64,000 nt of DNA from an uncultured Methanosarcinaceae archaeon (GTDB taxonomy: Archaea; Halobacteriota; Methanosarcinia; Methanosarcinales; Methanosarcinaceae), in assembly GCA_963847185.1 (NCBI GenBank), contig CAWJYV010000008.1:896001-960000 (forward strand), in the 5' to 3' direction. Every line of letters starts with the position of its first letter. The stretch's first letter is position 1. Shown here one piece after another: positions 9,658 through 20,056 of the stretch. The translations under genes were made by a program, and so were the position numbers. The notes beneath the pieces were generated by a model. That model was not told the origin of the DNA and ran no database searches. It saw only the letters and a list, made by a program, of their open reading frames with translations.

Positions 9658-9698
9658 TAATGACACTCAACTGAGTGTCATTATCTTTTTATTTTTTA
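9658..9698 (+). terminator. Hairpin plus T-tract between the archaellins and accessory arl genes (terminator/attenuator)
   Basis: TAATGACACTC-AACT-GAGTGTCATTA perfect stem followed by TCTTTTTATTTTTT. Confidence 0.7.
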
Positions 9699-9719
9699 TG
9701 CTACAGTTTTGGTGATATA

Positions 9720-10469
9720 ATGAATAGCAATATAGCTTTTGATCAATCTGATATTGATAAAATTGTAGCTGCAGCTGAAAGCGACACTATAGAATCTAAA
9801 GTCGCAAAACTTGAAGAAGAAGTAGCTGAGATCAAAGGCTCAATAAAGACTCTCCTTATGGATATCAGGGAGACAATGGGTGTGCTTGAAAACCCATTCC
9901 AGAATATTCAGGGTATTGCTACTATCTCGGGTGCTATTGTAAGTTCTCCTACTCCTCCTAAAGCTTCGGATGAACCTAATACTGAGGATAAGCTTCCTAA
10001 AGAAGAAGTAGAGGATGAACCGGAAATCATTGATAAAAAGAAACAGGTTCCGGTTGAACCGGCTCCAAAAAAGGCCTTTGAGGACTTAAAACAGGCTGCT
10101 AAAGCGCTACCTAATATTCCGGACTCTAGACTTATTGATCCTATGTCCTTTTACAAGACTATTGTCTGGAGCAAGGACATGGTCGAGAGATATGATTATG
10201 AGACCATAACGGAACTTGTTGACATCTTCTTCCTGTTAGGGTATATTAAAGGCGATATAAAAGAAATCGTTCTTAAGCTCACTGAATTACTGGATAAGAG
10301 CAATGACCTTGACGGTGCAGTAATGGATCTCTACAGACTTTATCACATACTCCACCCTGATGATATGTCTCTTGATTCCAAGGTGCTGGATTATGTTTTG
10401 AACGATAACGAACCGCGGGGGGCAGTTCGTGAAAAGCGCAGAAAGAATACTGAGTCTCAAATCTGTTAG
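9720..10469 (+). CDS. Archaellum accessory protein of the ArlC/D/E (FlaC/D/E) family
   Basis: N-terminal coiled coil (KVAKLEEEVAEIKGSIK..ENPF), Pro/Glu linker, C-terminal FlaD/E-like segment W..MVERY...LGYI; canonical position between flaB and flaG. Confidence 0.75.
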   Translation: MNSNIAFDQSDIDKIVAAAESDTIESKVAKLEEEVAEIKGSIKTLLMDIRETMGVLENPFQNIQGIATISGAIVSSPTPPKASDEPNTEDKLPKEEVEDEPEIIDKKKQVPVEPAPKKAFEDLKQAAKALPNIPDSRLIDPMSFYKTIVWSKDMVERYDYETITELVDIFFLLGYIKGDIKEIVLKLTELLDKSNDLDGAVMDLYRLYHILHPDDMSLDSKVLDYVLNDNEPRGAVREKRRKNTESQIC

Positions 10470-10542
10470 GATTTATTTTTTGCCTTTTCAGATACGATCC
10501 ATAACTATGAATCAATATTTTATAATGTGACGGTGAAAAACT

Positions 10543-11016
10543 ATGGCAAAGGAAGTAATAACTACAGCAATACTCTTAATAGCGAGTGTTATAGCTGTAG
10601 TTGCCTTTGTTAATGCTGTTATTCCGTCCGTATACGATCTCTCTGGCTCTTATAATTCTATTGCACGTAATATGGGGGACCAGTTTAAAACAGATATTGA
10701 TATTATATTCATTTATCCAGAAGCTACTACTGTTACGATCTGGATTAAAAATGTTGGGTCATCGGACATTCCTCTTTCACAATTAGGTTATTCTGATGTC
10801 TTTGTATTATCTTCTTCAGGTTACTCTAATCCTGGCTTTCAAGCCGGTTCAAATCCATCCTGGGACTACACTCTTGTGAATGGGGGCGGCGATACATGGA
10901 ACCGTGGGGAAACAATTAAGGCAGTAATAAACTTCGATTCTCTGCCAAGTGCCACTTATCAGATTACCTTTTTCCTTTACAACGGGGTATCTGCAACGGA
11001 TAAATTCTCAAAGTGA
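10543..11016 (+). CDS. flaG: Archaellum stator protein ArlG/FlaG
   Basis: N-terminal TM, WIKNVGS and TWNRGET motifs; operon position. Confidence 0.85.
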   Translation: MAKEVITTAILLIASVIAVVAFVNAVIPSVYDLSGSYNSIARNMGDQFKTDIDIIFIYPEATTVTIWIKNVGSSDIPLSQLGYSDVFVLSSSGYSNPGFQAGSNPSWDYTLVNGGGDTWNRGETIKAVINFDSLPSATYQITFFLYNGVSATDKFSK

Positions 11017-11029
11017 TCTCGGGGATACT

Positions 11030-11497
11030 ATGGGTCTTGAAACCGTAATCGTAGCATTCTTTGCAGTTGGCACGATTTTAATTGTAGCGGGAACTCTAAC
11101 AATGGGAGCCAGTAATCTGGTTGAAACTTCCTATAACGGATATATTGCAATTTCTCAATCAACAATGGAAAGGCTTCATACCAGTATTGAGGTATCGAGC
11201 ATAACGTTTGATGGGGATAATCACGTTCATTTGACCGTTAATAATACTGGTGAGACCAAATTAGATAACTTCGCTCTCTGGGATATCGTTGTGGTTAACA
11301 ACGTCGAAGCTTCATATTTCACTAATAATAACGGTTATGTAATTACCTGCAATGAAGGTCTCCTGAACCCCGGTATCCTGGACCCACATGAAAATATCGA
11401 CATTGAATTATCAACTCCATTTGATCCTGGAGAAAGTTTACTTGTGAAAGTTAGCACAGATAATGGTATCGTTTCTTCCAAAGAGTATACAGTATGA
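11030..11497 (+). CDS. flaF: Archaellum stator protein ArlF/FlaF
   Basis: MGLET N-terminus with TM, V.NTGET, LDPHE and VSTDNG motifs. Confidence 0.85.
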   Translation: MGLETVIVAFFAVGTILIVAGTLTMGASNLVETSYNGYIAISQSTMERLHTSIEVSSITFDGDNHVHLTVNNTGETKLDNFALWDIVVVNNVEASYFTNNNGYVITCNEGLLNPGILDPHENIDIELSTPFDPGESLLVKVSTDNGIVSSKEYTV

Positions 11498-11509
11498 TAG
11501 GTGGATAAA

Positions 11510-12238
11510 ATGGGACAAATACTGGCACAAACAGAAGAGAAAAAGAATATTCTTTCGAGCGGCAATGATGAAATTGATAAAAAATTGGGTGAGGGTATTC
11601 CTTTAGGTTCTCTTGTGCTCATTGAAGGCGAAAACGATACTGGAAAGAGTGTGCTTTGCCAACAAATGACCTATGGTGGCTTGAACCAGCTTTATAAAAT
11701 AGCATACTATTCGACCGAAAATACTGTTAAAAGTATGCTTGCGCAAATGGACAGCCTTAGCCTTGATATCTCGGATTTTTATGCATGGGGCTATTTCAGA
11801 ATCTTTCCTGTCCACCTTGAGGGCGTTGAATGGACTTCCAATCAGATGAAAGGGACACTGCATCTTCTTATAAATCATATCAAGAGCGTAAGGGAAAAAG
11901 TCATTATAGTTGATTCTCTCACGATGTTTACTACTTATTCTGATGAAGATAATATCCTTGAATTTCTTACAAGTTTGAAAAATCTCTGTGACAAAGGATA
12001 TACAATTCTCATCACCCTGCACCAGCATGCTTTCAAAGAAGACACACTTGTAAGAATCAGATCTGCTTGTGATTGTCACCTATTTCTCAGAAAGGAGCAG
12101 CTCACTGACCGATACATTAGCGTCATGGAAGTTTCAAAAATAAGAGGCGCTAAGAAAAGCACAGGTAATATAGTGAGTTTTGAAGTTCAACCCGGATTCG
12201 GATTAAAAATAATTCCGATCTCGCAGGCCAAGGTATAA
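11510..12238 (+). CDS. flaH: Archaellum RecA/KaiC-like ATPase ArlH/FlaH
   Basis: SGNDEIDKKLGEGIP, Walker A GENDTGKS, IIVDSLT, FEVQPGFG. Confidence 0.93.
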   Translation: MGQILAQTEEKKNILSSGNDEIDKKLGEGIPLGSLVLIEGENDTGKSVLCQQMTYGGLNQLYKIAYYSTENTVKSMLAQMDSLSLDISDFYAWGYFRIFPVHLEGVEWTSNQMKGTLHLLINHIKSVREKVIIVDSLTMFTTYSDEDNILEFLTSLKNLCDKGYTILITLHQHAFKEDTLVRIRSACDCHLFLRKEQLTDRYISVMEVSKIRGAKKSTGNIVSFEVQPGFGLKIIPISQAKV

Positions 12239-12268
12239 CACTATTTCAAATTATCACACGGGATATAC

Positions 12269-14110
12269 ATGGAAAATATTGAGGAAAAACTCATTCTTGA
12301 AGACGGTCATGCAACCGGGGTATACACAAACTTCCCTTTTAAACCAAAAAAGTACGAAGGACACGATCACTCAAACCTGAAAACATGTAATCTTTACAAG
12401 ATTCTACCTCCTGAAATGAAAAAAGAAGTTGAAACTAATCTTCATCTTCTCGAGTACCTGCATATTCTCCCAATCGATACAATCGGTATACCGAGGTATA
12501 TCCCCAAGCTCGAATCAAAACATGGTGATATAGCGGATCTCAATCTGATCTACAAAGTCAGTGACCAGACCTATGTACACATCTACCCGAATAAAAACGA
12601 TGTAAGGAATTTCTATATTCCAATAGAGCCCATACTTCTTACAGGAGTTGGAAGCCTCATCAAAGAATTGGAAATCAAACTTGTAGATCACCTTACAGGG
12701 ATTGAGTTTGATCCTGAGAATCTAGAAGAAAAAGAGAAGATATTAAGACAGGCCCTTGACGATATTTGTATAATAGGTAATCACAAGCCAGTTACTGACT
12801 CCGGCTCAGATGCCAAAAAATCACCTTTCTCTAAATCCTTTTTCGGTGGAAGCAAAAAAAAGGATGACCATATTTACCTGTCAAAAGAATACTATGACGC
12901 TTTAAAATATTCAATTATCAGGGATAAAATTGGGGTTGGCTTTCTTGATCCGTATATCCATGACAGCCATATCGAAGATATTACATGTAACGGTTTGGGC
13001 CCCATCTTCATTGAACATAAAGTGTTCAAAGGTTTGAGAAGTATTATTGAATTTAATGATGGCGACATACTTAATCAATATATCATAAGGCTTGCAGAAA
13101 GGATTGGAAAACCCATTACTTTCAAAAATCCTATCGTAGACTCCACACTTCCGGATGGGTCAAGGATTAACATTGTTTATGGTGACGATATAAGTAAAAA
13201 CGGAAGTAATTTTACCATAAGGAAGTTCAATGATATTCCATTCAGTATTGTTCAGATCGTAAAAAGCGGAACTATGAATTACATGGTTGCAGCTTATCTC
13301 TGGATCCTCATTTCTGAAGGTATGAGTGGTTTTATATGCGGTGAAACTGCAAGCGGTAAAACAACTACATTGAACGGGATTACAGCATTTATAAACCCTG
13401 ATTCAAAAATAGTCACAATTGAAGATACTCCTGAACTGCAGATTCCTCACAAAAACTGGACAAGAGAATCCACCAGAGGTAGTACACGAGGAAGCGGTCA
13501 AACTGGAGAAGGAAGCGGTTCTGACGTTACTATGTTTGACCTGCTCAAGGCAGCATTGAGGCAGAGGCCAAACTATATCCTGGTAGGAGAAATCCGAGGC
13601 GTTGAAGGAAACGTCGCATTTCAGGCTATGCAGACAGGCCACCCTGTTATGTCAACTTTTCACGCAGCTACTGTAGAAAAACTAATTCAGAGAGTTACTG
13701 CTGATCCTATCAACATTCCTAAAACATACATAGACAACCTGAATTTCGTTTTAATCCAATCCGCAGTCAGGAGACCGGATGGTAAACTTGTGAGAAGGGT
13801 GCTCAGTGTAAACGAGGTTCTGGGTTATAATCCGGATAAAGGGGGAATTTCTTTTATTGAAGCTTTTTCCTGGGATCCTGTCACTGACTCCTTTGTTTTC
13901 AGCGCAATGGGAAGTTCCTATCTTCTAGAGCAAAAAATAGCTACAAAGCTTGGAATTCCCGGCAGGAAGAAGAAAGTTATTTATGAAGAAATCGAAAAAA
14001 GAGCAAAAATACTGGAGAAGCTCAACGATGAAGGAGTTACAAGCTATTACGACTTCTTCAATACCATTGCAAAGATTACAAAACACGGTATGCTGAGAAT
14101 TCAATTTTAA
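12269..14110 (+). CDS. flaI: Archaellum motor/assembly ATPase ArlI/FlaI
   Basis: LPDGSR, FTIRKF, Walker A GETASGKTT, TIEDTPEL, ALRQRPNYILVGEIRG, TGH..TFHA. Confidence 0.95.
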   Translation: MENIEEKLILEDGHATGVYTNFPFKPKKYEGHDHSNLKTCNLYKILPPEMKKEVETNLHLLEYLHILPIDTIGIPRYIPKLESKHGDIADLNLIYKVSDQTYVHIYPNKNDVRNFYIPIEPILLTGVGSLIKELEIKLVDHLTGIEFDPENLEEKEKILRQALDDICIIGNHKPVTDSGSDAKKSPFSKSFFGGSKKKDDHIYLSKEYYDALKYSIIRDKIGVGFLDPYIHDSHIEDITCNGLGPIFIEHKVFKGLRSIIEFNDGDILNQYIIRLAERIGKPITFKNPIVDSTLPDGSRINIVYGDDISKNGSNFTIRKFNDIPFSIVQIVKSGTMNYMVAAYLWILISEGMSGFICGETASGKTTTLNGITAFINPDSKIVTIEDTPELQIPHKNWTRESTRGSTRGSGQTGEGSGSDVTMFDLLKAALRQRPNYILVGEIRGVEGNVAFQAMQTGHPVMSTFHAATVEKLIQRVTADPINIPKTYIDNLNFVLIQSAVRRPDGKLVRRVLSVNEVLGYNPDKGGISFIEAFSWDPVTDSFVFSAMGSSYLLEQKIATKLGIPGRKKKVIYEEIEKRAKILEKLNDEGVTSYYDFFNTIAKITKHGMLRIQF

Positions 14111-14124
14111 AAACGGTGATTTAG

Positions 14125-15747
14125 ATGGAACTATCTGGAATAAAAAATATTTTCCGCAGAAAGTCTAATTCACAATCTATTCTTGACGAGCTTCTGCTCA
14201 AATTCGAACACTATAAGAATGAAATCTATATGAGTAACGATTTGCTTTTTTCGCTTACTTATATGGCATCAATTTCAACAGCTAATCTAACAAGAGATAA
14301 AATATTTGTAAGTATCTCTGGAAAAAAGGAATATTGCCCGAGTATCTACTTTAATCAGATCCGGGAACTGGCTCAGAACTGGCATTATGACTACGCTCAC
14401 GCATGTGAACTCATTTCCGAAAAAGTAACCAATGAAAGATTAAGGGAGCTTTTTAATAGATTATCAAATGCTATTTCCGCAGGAGAACCTGATAACGAAT
14501 TTCTCACTAAAGAATGGATATTATTTAAGACAAAAAGAAAAGACGAATTCGAAAGACAGCTTGAAACTACGAAAGAGTGGGCAAATGCTTACACGGCACT
14601 TCTTGTTTCCACATCTCTTATAGCTATAATTGTACTACTTTCCGTAATTTTATATAATCTCGGTAGCCCGGAGAGTACACTGTATTCCACAATGTTTATT
14701 GTAGCTTTAATGGCATTTGGCGGGGTAGCCTTACTGTTTAGAGCTTCACCTAAAGACTCCAGAGTTCACGGTTTACGCATAAAATCAACAGAGCAGGAAT
14801 TTATCCATAAGTGGCTTCCTCACACAGTTATACTATCCACTCTGTTTCTCTTATTACTTACAGTGTTGCCAGCTTTCATTGGCTCTGTTGATTTTTATGT
14901 CGACATTAAGGGAATTGGCATGATCCTGGCAGGGCTAGTAATGCTGCCTGTCGGGGTAAAGGCAGATAGAGATACGGTTAAAATAGATAAGAGAGATGAA
15001 AGTTTTACAACATTCATAAGGAGTCTGGGGTCCATTGTTAGCGGTTCGGGGCTGACAGTTCCTAAAGCTCTTTTAAAGATAGATCCAAAGAACATGGGTG
15101 AGCTTAAAGACATGAGTCAGGTCCTTTACAAGAGGCTGGCTTCCGGTCTTGACCCTAAACTATGCTGGGATAAATTCGTTGGAGAAACTGGCAGTTACCT
15201 GATCTACAAATTGACGTGTGTGTTCGTAGATGCTATAAATTTAGGAGGAAATGCAGGAACGGTAGGAGAACTTGTGAGTTCCTCCAATCTTGAGCTGGTG
15301 CTTTTAAGAATGAAAAGAGACCGTATCTCAAAGGCATTTGCCAATCTTGTTATACCTCTACATGTATCAATGGTCTCTCTTCTTCTATTCATGGGACAGA
15401 TTCTTACCGTTTTTACAACTATCATATCAAGTCTTTTCGTTCAGTTCAATATCTCTGGCTCGGAGCTTGATGGAATTCCGGGTGGTTTAGGGGGTATGAA
15501 TCTGGGCATATTTGGAGGGGTTCCTGTTGAATTACTGGGGCAGTTTGTTGTAGTGACAATATTAATTCTCACAATAGCCAACACGTTAGCAATTGTTGCT
15601 GTTAAAGGAGGGCCGATGTACATGGCAATATATTATGGTATGAGTTTGTTCATAACATCGGGAATATTAATGATCATAGTACCTCCCATAGTAGCCAGTA
15701 CGTTTTCCTTTGATGGATTAGCGGCAAATATGACAACAGGGGTGTAA
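14125..15747 (+). CDS. flaJ: Archaellum membrane platform protein ArlJ/FlaJ
   Basis: Multi-TM T2SSF-like protein directly after flaI (LTYMASIS, W.YDY..AC, F..FIRSLG). Confidence 0.93.
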   Translation: MELSGIKNIFRRKSNSQSILDELLLKFEHYKNEIYMSNDLLFSLTYMASISTANLTRDKIFVSISGKKEYCPSIYFNQIRELAQNWHYDYAHACELISEKVTNERLRELFNRLSNAISAGEPDNEFLTKEWILFKTKRKDEFERQLETTKEWANAYTALLVSTSLIAIIVLLSVILYNLGSPESTLYSTMFIVALMAFGGVALLFRASPKDSRVHGLRIKSTEQEFIHKWLPHTVILSTLFLLLLTVLPAFIGSVDFYVDIKGIGMILAGLVMLPVGVKADRDTVKIDKRDESFTTFIRSLGSIVSGSGLTVPKALLKIDPKNMGELKDMSQVLYKRLASGLDPKLCWDKFVGETGSYLIYKLTCVFVDAINLGGNAGTVGELVSSSNLELVLLRMKRDRISKAFANLVIPLHVSMVSLLLFMGQILTVFTTIISSLFVQFNISGSELDGIPGGLGGMNLGIFGGVPVELLGQFVVVTILILTIANTLAIVAVKGGPMYMAIYYGMSLFITSGILMIIVPPIVASTFSFDGLAANMTTGV

Positions 15748-15750
15748 AAT

Positions 15751-16650
15751 ATGGATTTAGTCAACACAATCGAAACAAATTTTACTATCTTCATAGGGGT
15801 TTTTGTAACTCTGGCAGTAATGGGTATAACTACTTTATTTGATATATATAAAAATAAAAACGAAGATAAAAATGAAAATTCATTGAAATCCAGAGAGTTA
15901 AAACCTTCTTTCGATATGAATGAAAGAAAAGGGAATTTTAGCTCTAAGGGTTCGAATGTCTTTTCGGAGTTTAGTAATAAACTCAGCAGCTTAGTTCCAA
16001 AAAAAGCTAGCAAAAATAATTTTAATAATAGTGAAACAAAAAATTTGAACCCAGATAATGGAATCAATAAAATTTTTAGTAACCTAAAGGGCAAACTCTC
16101 GCTTCTTTCTTTATCACGGGATGGTAAAGGGGATAATCTCAATAGTGGAAAATCTGCCCTGAAATCTAATAAAAAATCAGGAACTTCAAAGCTTGGAGAG
16201 GATAACAAAGCCAGTAGTTTTGACATTGATCAGATAGTGAGGTCCAAAAAGGACGAGTTTGATTTTGAGGATGATCTTTTAACTGAAATGTCTACTTCTA
16301 GCAGTATAAAGGATCATAAAAATTCCAATAAAGATAGCAATGCAGCATCATTAAACAACGATTTAACGTTCGATGATAGTGAATTTGACATCGGATTCGG
16401 GGAAATGGATGATGGACAGCCTCAAGATGATCTATTATTCAATACCGGCGCTGAGAAGATAGCTTTAGCTGATGAACGTGATAGTTTACTTGATTCTCTA
16501 AAGAAAGATATTGTAATTACTAATGAGAATAAAATTGACTTCATGACTTCCATGAAAGGTGTAAATCTTGACGTGAAATTAATAAGATCTGACCTTGAGG
16601 ATGTTAGTAGAACTTTAAAAACATATAGGCAACGTTCTAACCATAATTGA
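15751..16650 (+). CDS. Hypothetical monotopic membrane protein co-located with arl genes
   Basis: 299-aa ORF 3 nt after flaJ; one N-terminal TM, Lys/Ser/Asn-rich then acidic region, helical C-terminus. Confidence 0.75.
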   Translation: MDLVNTIETNFTIFIGVFVTLAVMGITTLFDIYKNKNEDKNENSLKSRELKPSFDMNERKGNFSSKGSNVFSEFSNKLSSLVPKKASKNNFNNSETKNLNPDNGINKIFSNLKGKLSLLSLSRDGKGDNLNSGKSALKSNKKSGTSKLGEDNKASSFDIDQIVRSKKDEFDFEDDLLTEMSTSSSIKDHKNSNKDSNAASLNNDLTFDDSEFDIGFGEMDDGQPQDDLLFNTGAEKIALADERDSLLDSLKKDIVITNENKIDFMTSMKGVNLDVKLIRSDLEDVSRTLKTYRQRSNHN

Positions 16651-16808
16651 TTATAGTTTTTGATGTAAATATTTACACTTTACTACAGGCTGTAAGGAAA
16701 ATACCTTCAGCCTCCAGGAAAATTCAAGTTTCCATTATCAAGGGCACATGAAATCCGCTTTTGATTCCGTAACCGCGGAATGCGCTGAAAAAGTCGTATT
16801 CATAAGTT

Positions 16809-16862
16809 AGTCCTCTTGAGCGCAACGAAAAGGACTGCGGGCTCCCGAATCGCAATTCGGGA
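16809..16862. repeat. Double-hairpin interspersed (REP-like) element
   Basis: AGTCCTCTTG..CGAAAAGGACT imperfect stem and TCCCGAAT-CGCA-ATTCGGGA perfect stem; GC-rich within an AT-rich intergenic region. Confidence 0.5.
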
Positions 16863-17164
16863 TGGAAAGCGCTAAAAAACTGTGCTCTTGCTCTCTTTAT
16901 TCCACGTTTTCCACATTTTCAATGTTTTCCGCGCTTTCCAGTTTTATCTCTTTTTTCGGACTAGTAAATGAAATTAAGGAACTGACTATAAAATTATATG
17001 AAATAGTAGAATTGGTTTAGGTTCCATGCCATAGAACTTACTTTCAGATTCGGAAAGTTTATAAAGTCGGAAGGTGTTATATTACTTTATTAAAATAAAT
17101 CTACAATTATCCATTATTTTTTTATTTTAAACACCCCCAAAATAAAAAAAAGTAAGTGATGAAA

Positions 17165-17326
17165 ATGATAGATGCAAAATATATAGGACTTATGTTTTTA
17201 GCAGTATTTTCAGGATCAATGCTTGTATACACCTGGCTGTCATTATATAATAGGTTCGATCCTGGCGTGATATTCTATGCAGTGCTTCTTATATTCTCTT
17301 TTTCTATGATGTTGATTAGAAGATAA
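17165..17326 (+). CDS. Small two-TM membrane protein (53 aa), not in the ORF track
   Basis: Manual translation MIDAKYIGLMFLAVFSGSMLVYTWLSLYNRFDPGVIFYAVLLIFSFSMMLIRR*; upstream TTTATAAA box; alternative ATG at 17159. Confidence 0.6.
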   Translation: MIDAKYIGLMFLAVFSGSMLVYTWLSLYNRFDPGVIFYAVLLIFSFSMMLIRR

Positions 17327-17446
17327 AGGCATTTTGAGAATATTTAGATTTTAAAAATTATTTAAGAAAAATGCATTAATAAAAAAGCCTTAATTTCCAA
17401 AAATAAGCATATTTTCAGGTCTTAAATGAAAAAGGTAAGCAGAAGC

Positions 17447-20056
17447 TTACCTTACAATTACAACAACAGCACCGCTAACTTCAAGCACGTCGACTTCTCT
17501 ACCTCCGGAGATTACTTCTTTTCTTATCTCCACTGTTTCTGGGTCGAGTTCGATTAACTCCTCGTTTACGGTAACTGCTATTTTTCCTGAGGCTGCCTGC
17601 GCTTCAATAGCTGCAGGATCTTCTGCTTTAAGAGCTTTTACAATCGTACCTGCGTCCTTCCTGAAGCGAGGTCCAAGAAGCCCCATATTGGGTTTAACTT
17701 CCACTGGCACGTATTCAAAGGACGGAGCTCCTTCCATCAACTCAACTTCTGAGTTTGTAGCGCCTGCAATGTCCCCAGTATCAATATTTGTATTGTATAT
17801 CTCGATTTTTTTCAGAGGGGCATTGAGGGCCATTCCAAGATCGGACTTGTACCTGCGGACTTCGCTCGTGATGCCTTTTATCAATTCTCCTGAGGCTTCG
17901 GCTTCTTCGCTTATTAGATTTTCATCTACTGCTGGCCAGGCCTGTGTGTGAACGCTTTCATTGCTGAACCTGGAATACAGCTCCTCTGCAAAGAAAGGTA
18001 TAAAAGGCGCAAGCAAAAGTGAGAGAGTTTTCATTGTCCTGTAGAGCACATACTGTGCTGCTCTCCTACCTGCCGGGTCGTCTCCATAGAGCCTGCCTTT
18101 TACAAGCTCCAGATAGTTGTCTGCAAGGATTTCCCAGGCAAAACCTCTGATGGTCTTGAAAGTAGAATCAAACTGGTATCCGTCAAGCTCTTTGGTGGCA
18201 GTGTCCACAAGCCTATTAAGCTTGCTAAGGAGCCATCTGTCGATTGTAAAGAGGGAATCAAGAGGGAAGTTTTCGACATCTTCAGGCTCAAAGTCCTTCA
18301 GGTGGGACATTGAGAAGCGGTAGATGCTCCACATCTTCTGGAGGAAACGGGAAGCTGAAACCACATCTTTCCAGCGGAACATTACGTCCGAACCTGTGGA
18401 GCCGCCGACTGCGCCCCACTGCCTGAAAGCGTCTGCACTGTACTGTGTGGTTACTTCTTCGGGGGAAATTACGTTTCCGAGAGATTTGCTCATCTTATGC
18501 CCGTCAGGCCCGAGAACCATCCCGTTAATCATTATGGAGTCCCAGGGCCTCTTTCCTTCAAGAGCCAGACTTCTCAGGATTGTATAAAAAGCCCAGGTTC
18601 TTATAATGTCGTGTCCCTGAGGCCTGATCTGCGCAGGCAGGCGGAGATCATGCTCACTTTCCCAGCCAGTGACATGTAATGCCGTAATCGAGGAATCCAT
18701 CCAGGTATCCAGCACATCGGTCTCGGGTTCAAATTCGGTTGAACCGCAGGCACAGGCTTTCTTTGGGGCAGCTTCATTCGGATCAATTGGAAGCCAGCTC
18801 TCTTCTGCAATCATTACTTCGCCGCACTGCTTGCAGTACCATATAGGGATAGGGGTTGCAAAGATTCTCTGCCTGGAAATGCACCAGTCCCATTCCATCG
18901 TGCCTGTCCAGTTCTGGAGCCTGACTTTCATATACTCAGGATACCAGTTAATCTCATCTGCAGCCTTCAGGATGCCCTCATGATTAATTTTGACGAACCA
19001 CTGGGGCTCGGAGAGAATTTCTATTGGGGTGTCACAGCGCCAGCAGAGCCCGACGTTCTGCTCCAGGGATTTCTGGTTATAGAGGAAGCCTGTGGCCTTA
19101 AGGTCCGAAATAACAGCCTGCCTGCACTCTGGAATGCTCATTCCTTCGTACTTACCTGCAGCTTTTGTCATCTTTCCCTGCTTATCGATTGCTTTTATAA
19201 GGGGAAGCCCGTACTTTGCCCACCAGCGTACGTCCTGCTTATCCCCAAAAGTACAGATCATAACTGCACCTGTACCGAACTCAGGCTCAACAGCTTCGTC
19301 GGCAATCAGAGTCACTTTCTGCCCGAAGATTGGGACTGTAATATCCTTTCCAATATTCTGGCTGTAGCGCTCGTCTTTGGGATTGACTGCAACTGCAACA
19401 CAGGCTGCCATCAGTTCAGGCCTGGTGGTCGCAATATCTACTTTGTCAAAGTGAACAAAGTTAAGTTTTGTTTGTCCCTGATCATACTCCACTTCTGCAA
19501 AAGCAATGGCAGTTTCACAGCGGGGGCACCAGTTGACAGGGTGATCCTCATGATATATGTGCCCTCCATTATACATTCTGACAAAAGACTTCTGTGTTTT
19601 TACGAAGTAAGAGGGCTCCATAGTGATGAATTCGTTACTCCAGTCCACAGAAAATCCAAGGCGCAGCATTGTTTTGCGCATTTTGTCGATGTTTCCTGCA
19701 GTTAGTTCCCTGCACATTCTCCTGAACTCTGCACGAGGGACCTGGTTTTTAGTTATCCCGTTAATTTCTTCGACCTTGACTTCAGTAGGCAGGCCGTGGC
19801 AGTCCCAGCCCTCAGGGAACATTACATTAAAACCGCGCATGCGTTTATATCGGGCAACAAAGTCAATATAACACCAGTTAAGTGCATTTCCGATATGGAA
19901 ATTGCCCGTAGGATAAGGAGGTGGGGTGTCGATAATATATTGGGGGCGTGTATCCTCTCCCCAATTGAAGTGATACATGGAGAGGTCCCACTTCTCCATC
20001 CACTTTTCTTCAATCTCATTTGCATTATATTCTTTTGGAATTTCCGATTCTGTCAT
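17447..20056 (-). CDS. valS: Valine--tRNA ligase
   Basis: [15 protein letters not shown] (HIGH), [27 protein letters not shown]. Confidence 0.97.
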   Translation of the reverse strand: MTESEIPKEYNANEIEEKWMEKWDLSMYHFNWGEDTRPQYIIDTPPPYPTGNFHIGNALNWCYIDFVARYKRMRGFNVMFPEGWDCHGLPTEVKVEEINGITKNQVPRAEFRRMCRELTAGNIDKMRKTMLRLGFSVDWSNEFITMEPSYFVKTQKSFVRMYNGGHIYHEDHPVNWCPRCETAIAFAEVEYDQGQTKLNFVHFDKVDIATTRPELMAACVAVAVNPKDERYSQNIGKDITVPIFGQKVTLIADEAVEPEFGTGAVMICTFGDKQDVRWWAKYGLPLIKAIDKQGKMTKAAGKYEGMSIPECRQAVISDLKATGFLYNQKSLEQNVGLCWRCDTPIEILSEPQWFVKINHEGILKAADEINWYPEYMKVRLQNWTGTMEWDWCISRQRIFATPIPIWYCKQCGEVMIAEESWLPIDPNEAAPKKACACGSTEFEPETDVLDTWMDSSITALHVTGWESEHDLRLPAQIRPQGHDIIRTWAFYTILRSLALEGKRPWDSIMINGMVLGPDGHKMSKSLGNVISPEEVTTQYSADAFRQWGAVGGSTGSDVMFRWKDVVSASRFLQKMWSIYRFSMSHLKDFEPEDVENFPLDSLFTIDRWLLSKLNRLVDTATKELDGYQFDSTFKTIRGFAWEILADNYLELVKGRLYGDDPAGRRAAQYVLYRTMKTLSLLLAPFIPFFAEELYSRFSNESVHTQAWPAVDENLISEEAEASGELIKGITSEVRRYKSDLGMALNAPLKKIEIYNTNIDTGDIAGATNSEVELMEGAPSFEYVPVEVKPNMGLLGPRFRKDAGTIVKALKAEDPAAIEAQAASGKIAVTVNEELIELDPETVEIRKEVISGGREVDVLEVSGAVVVIVR

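Noticed and set aside
10467-10510. Pyrrolysine read-through of the arlCDE TAG stop
   Set aside because: Read-through adds only a short, non-conserved-looking tail before another stop; no domain continuation.
15633-16226. 197-aa antisense ORF
   Set aside because: Shadow of the Lys/Asn-rich gene 15751..16650.
18980-19705. 241-aa antisense ORF opposite valS (likewise 23716..24429 and 50078..50779)
   Set aside because: Fully overlapped by confident genes on the other strand; composition is not protein-like.
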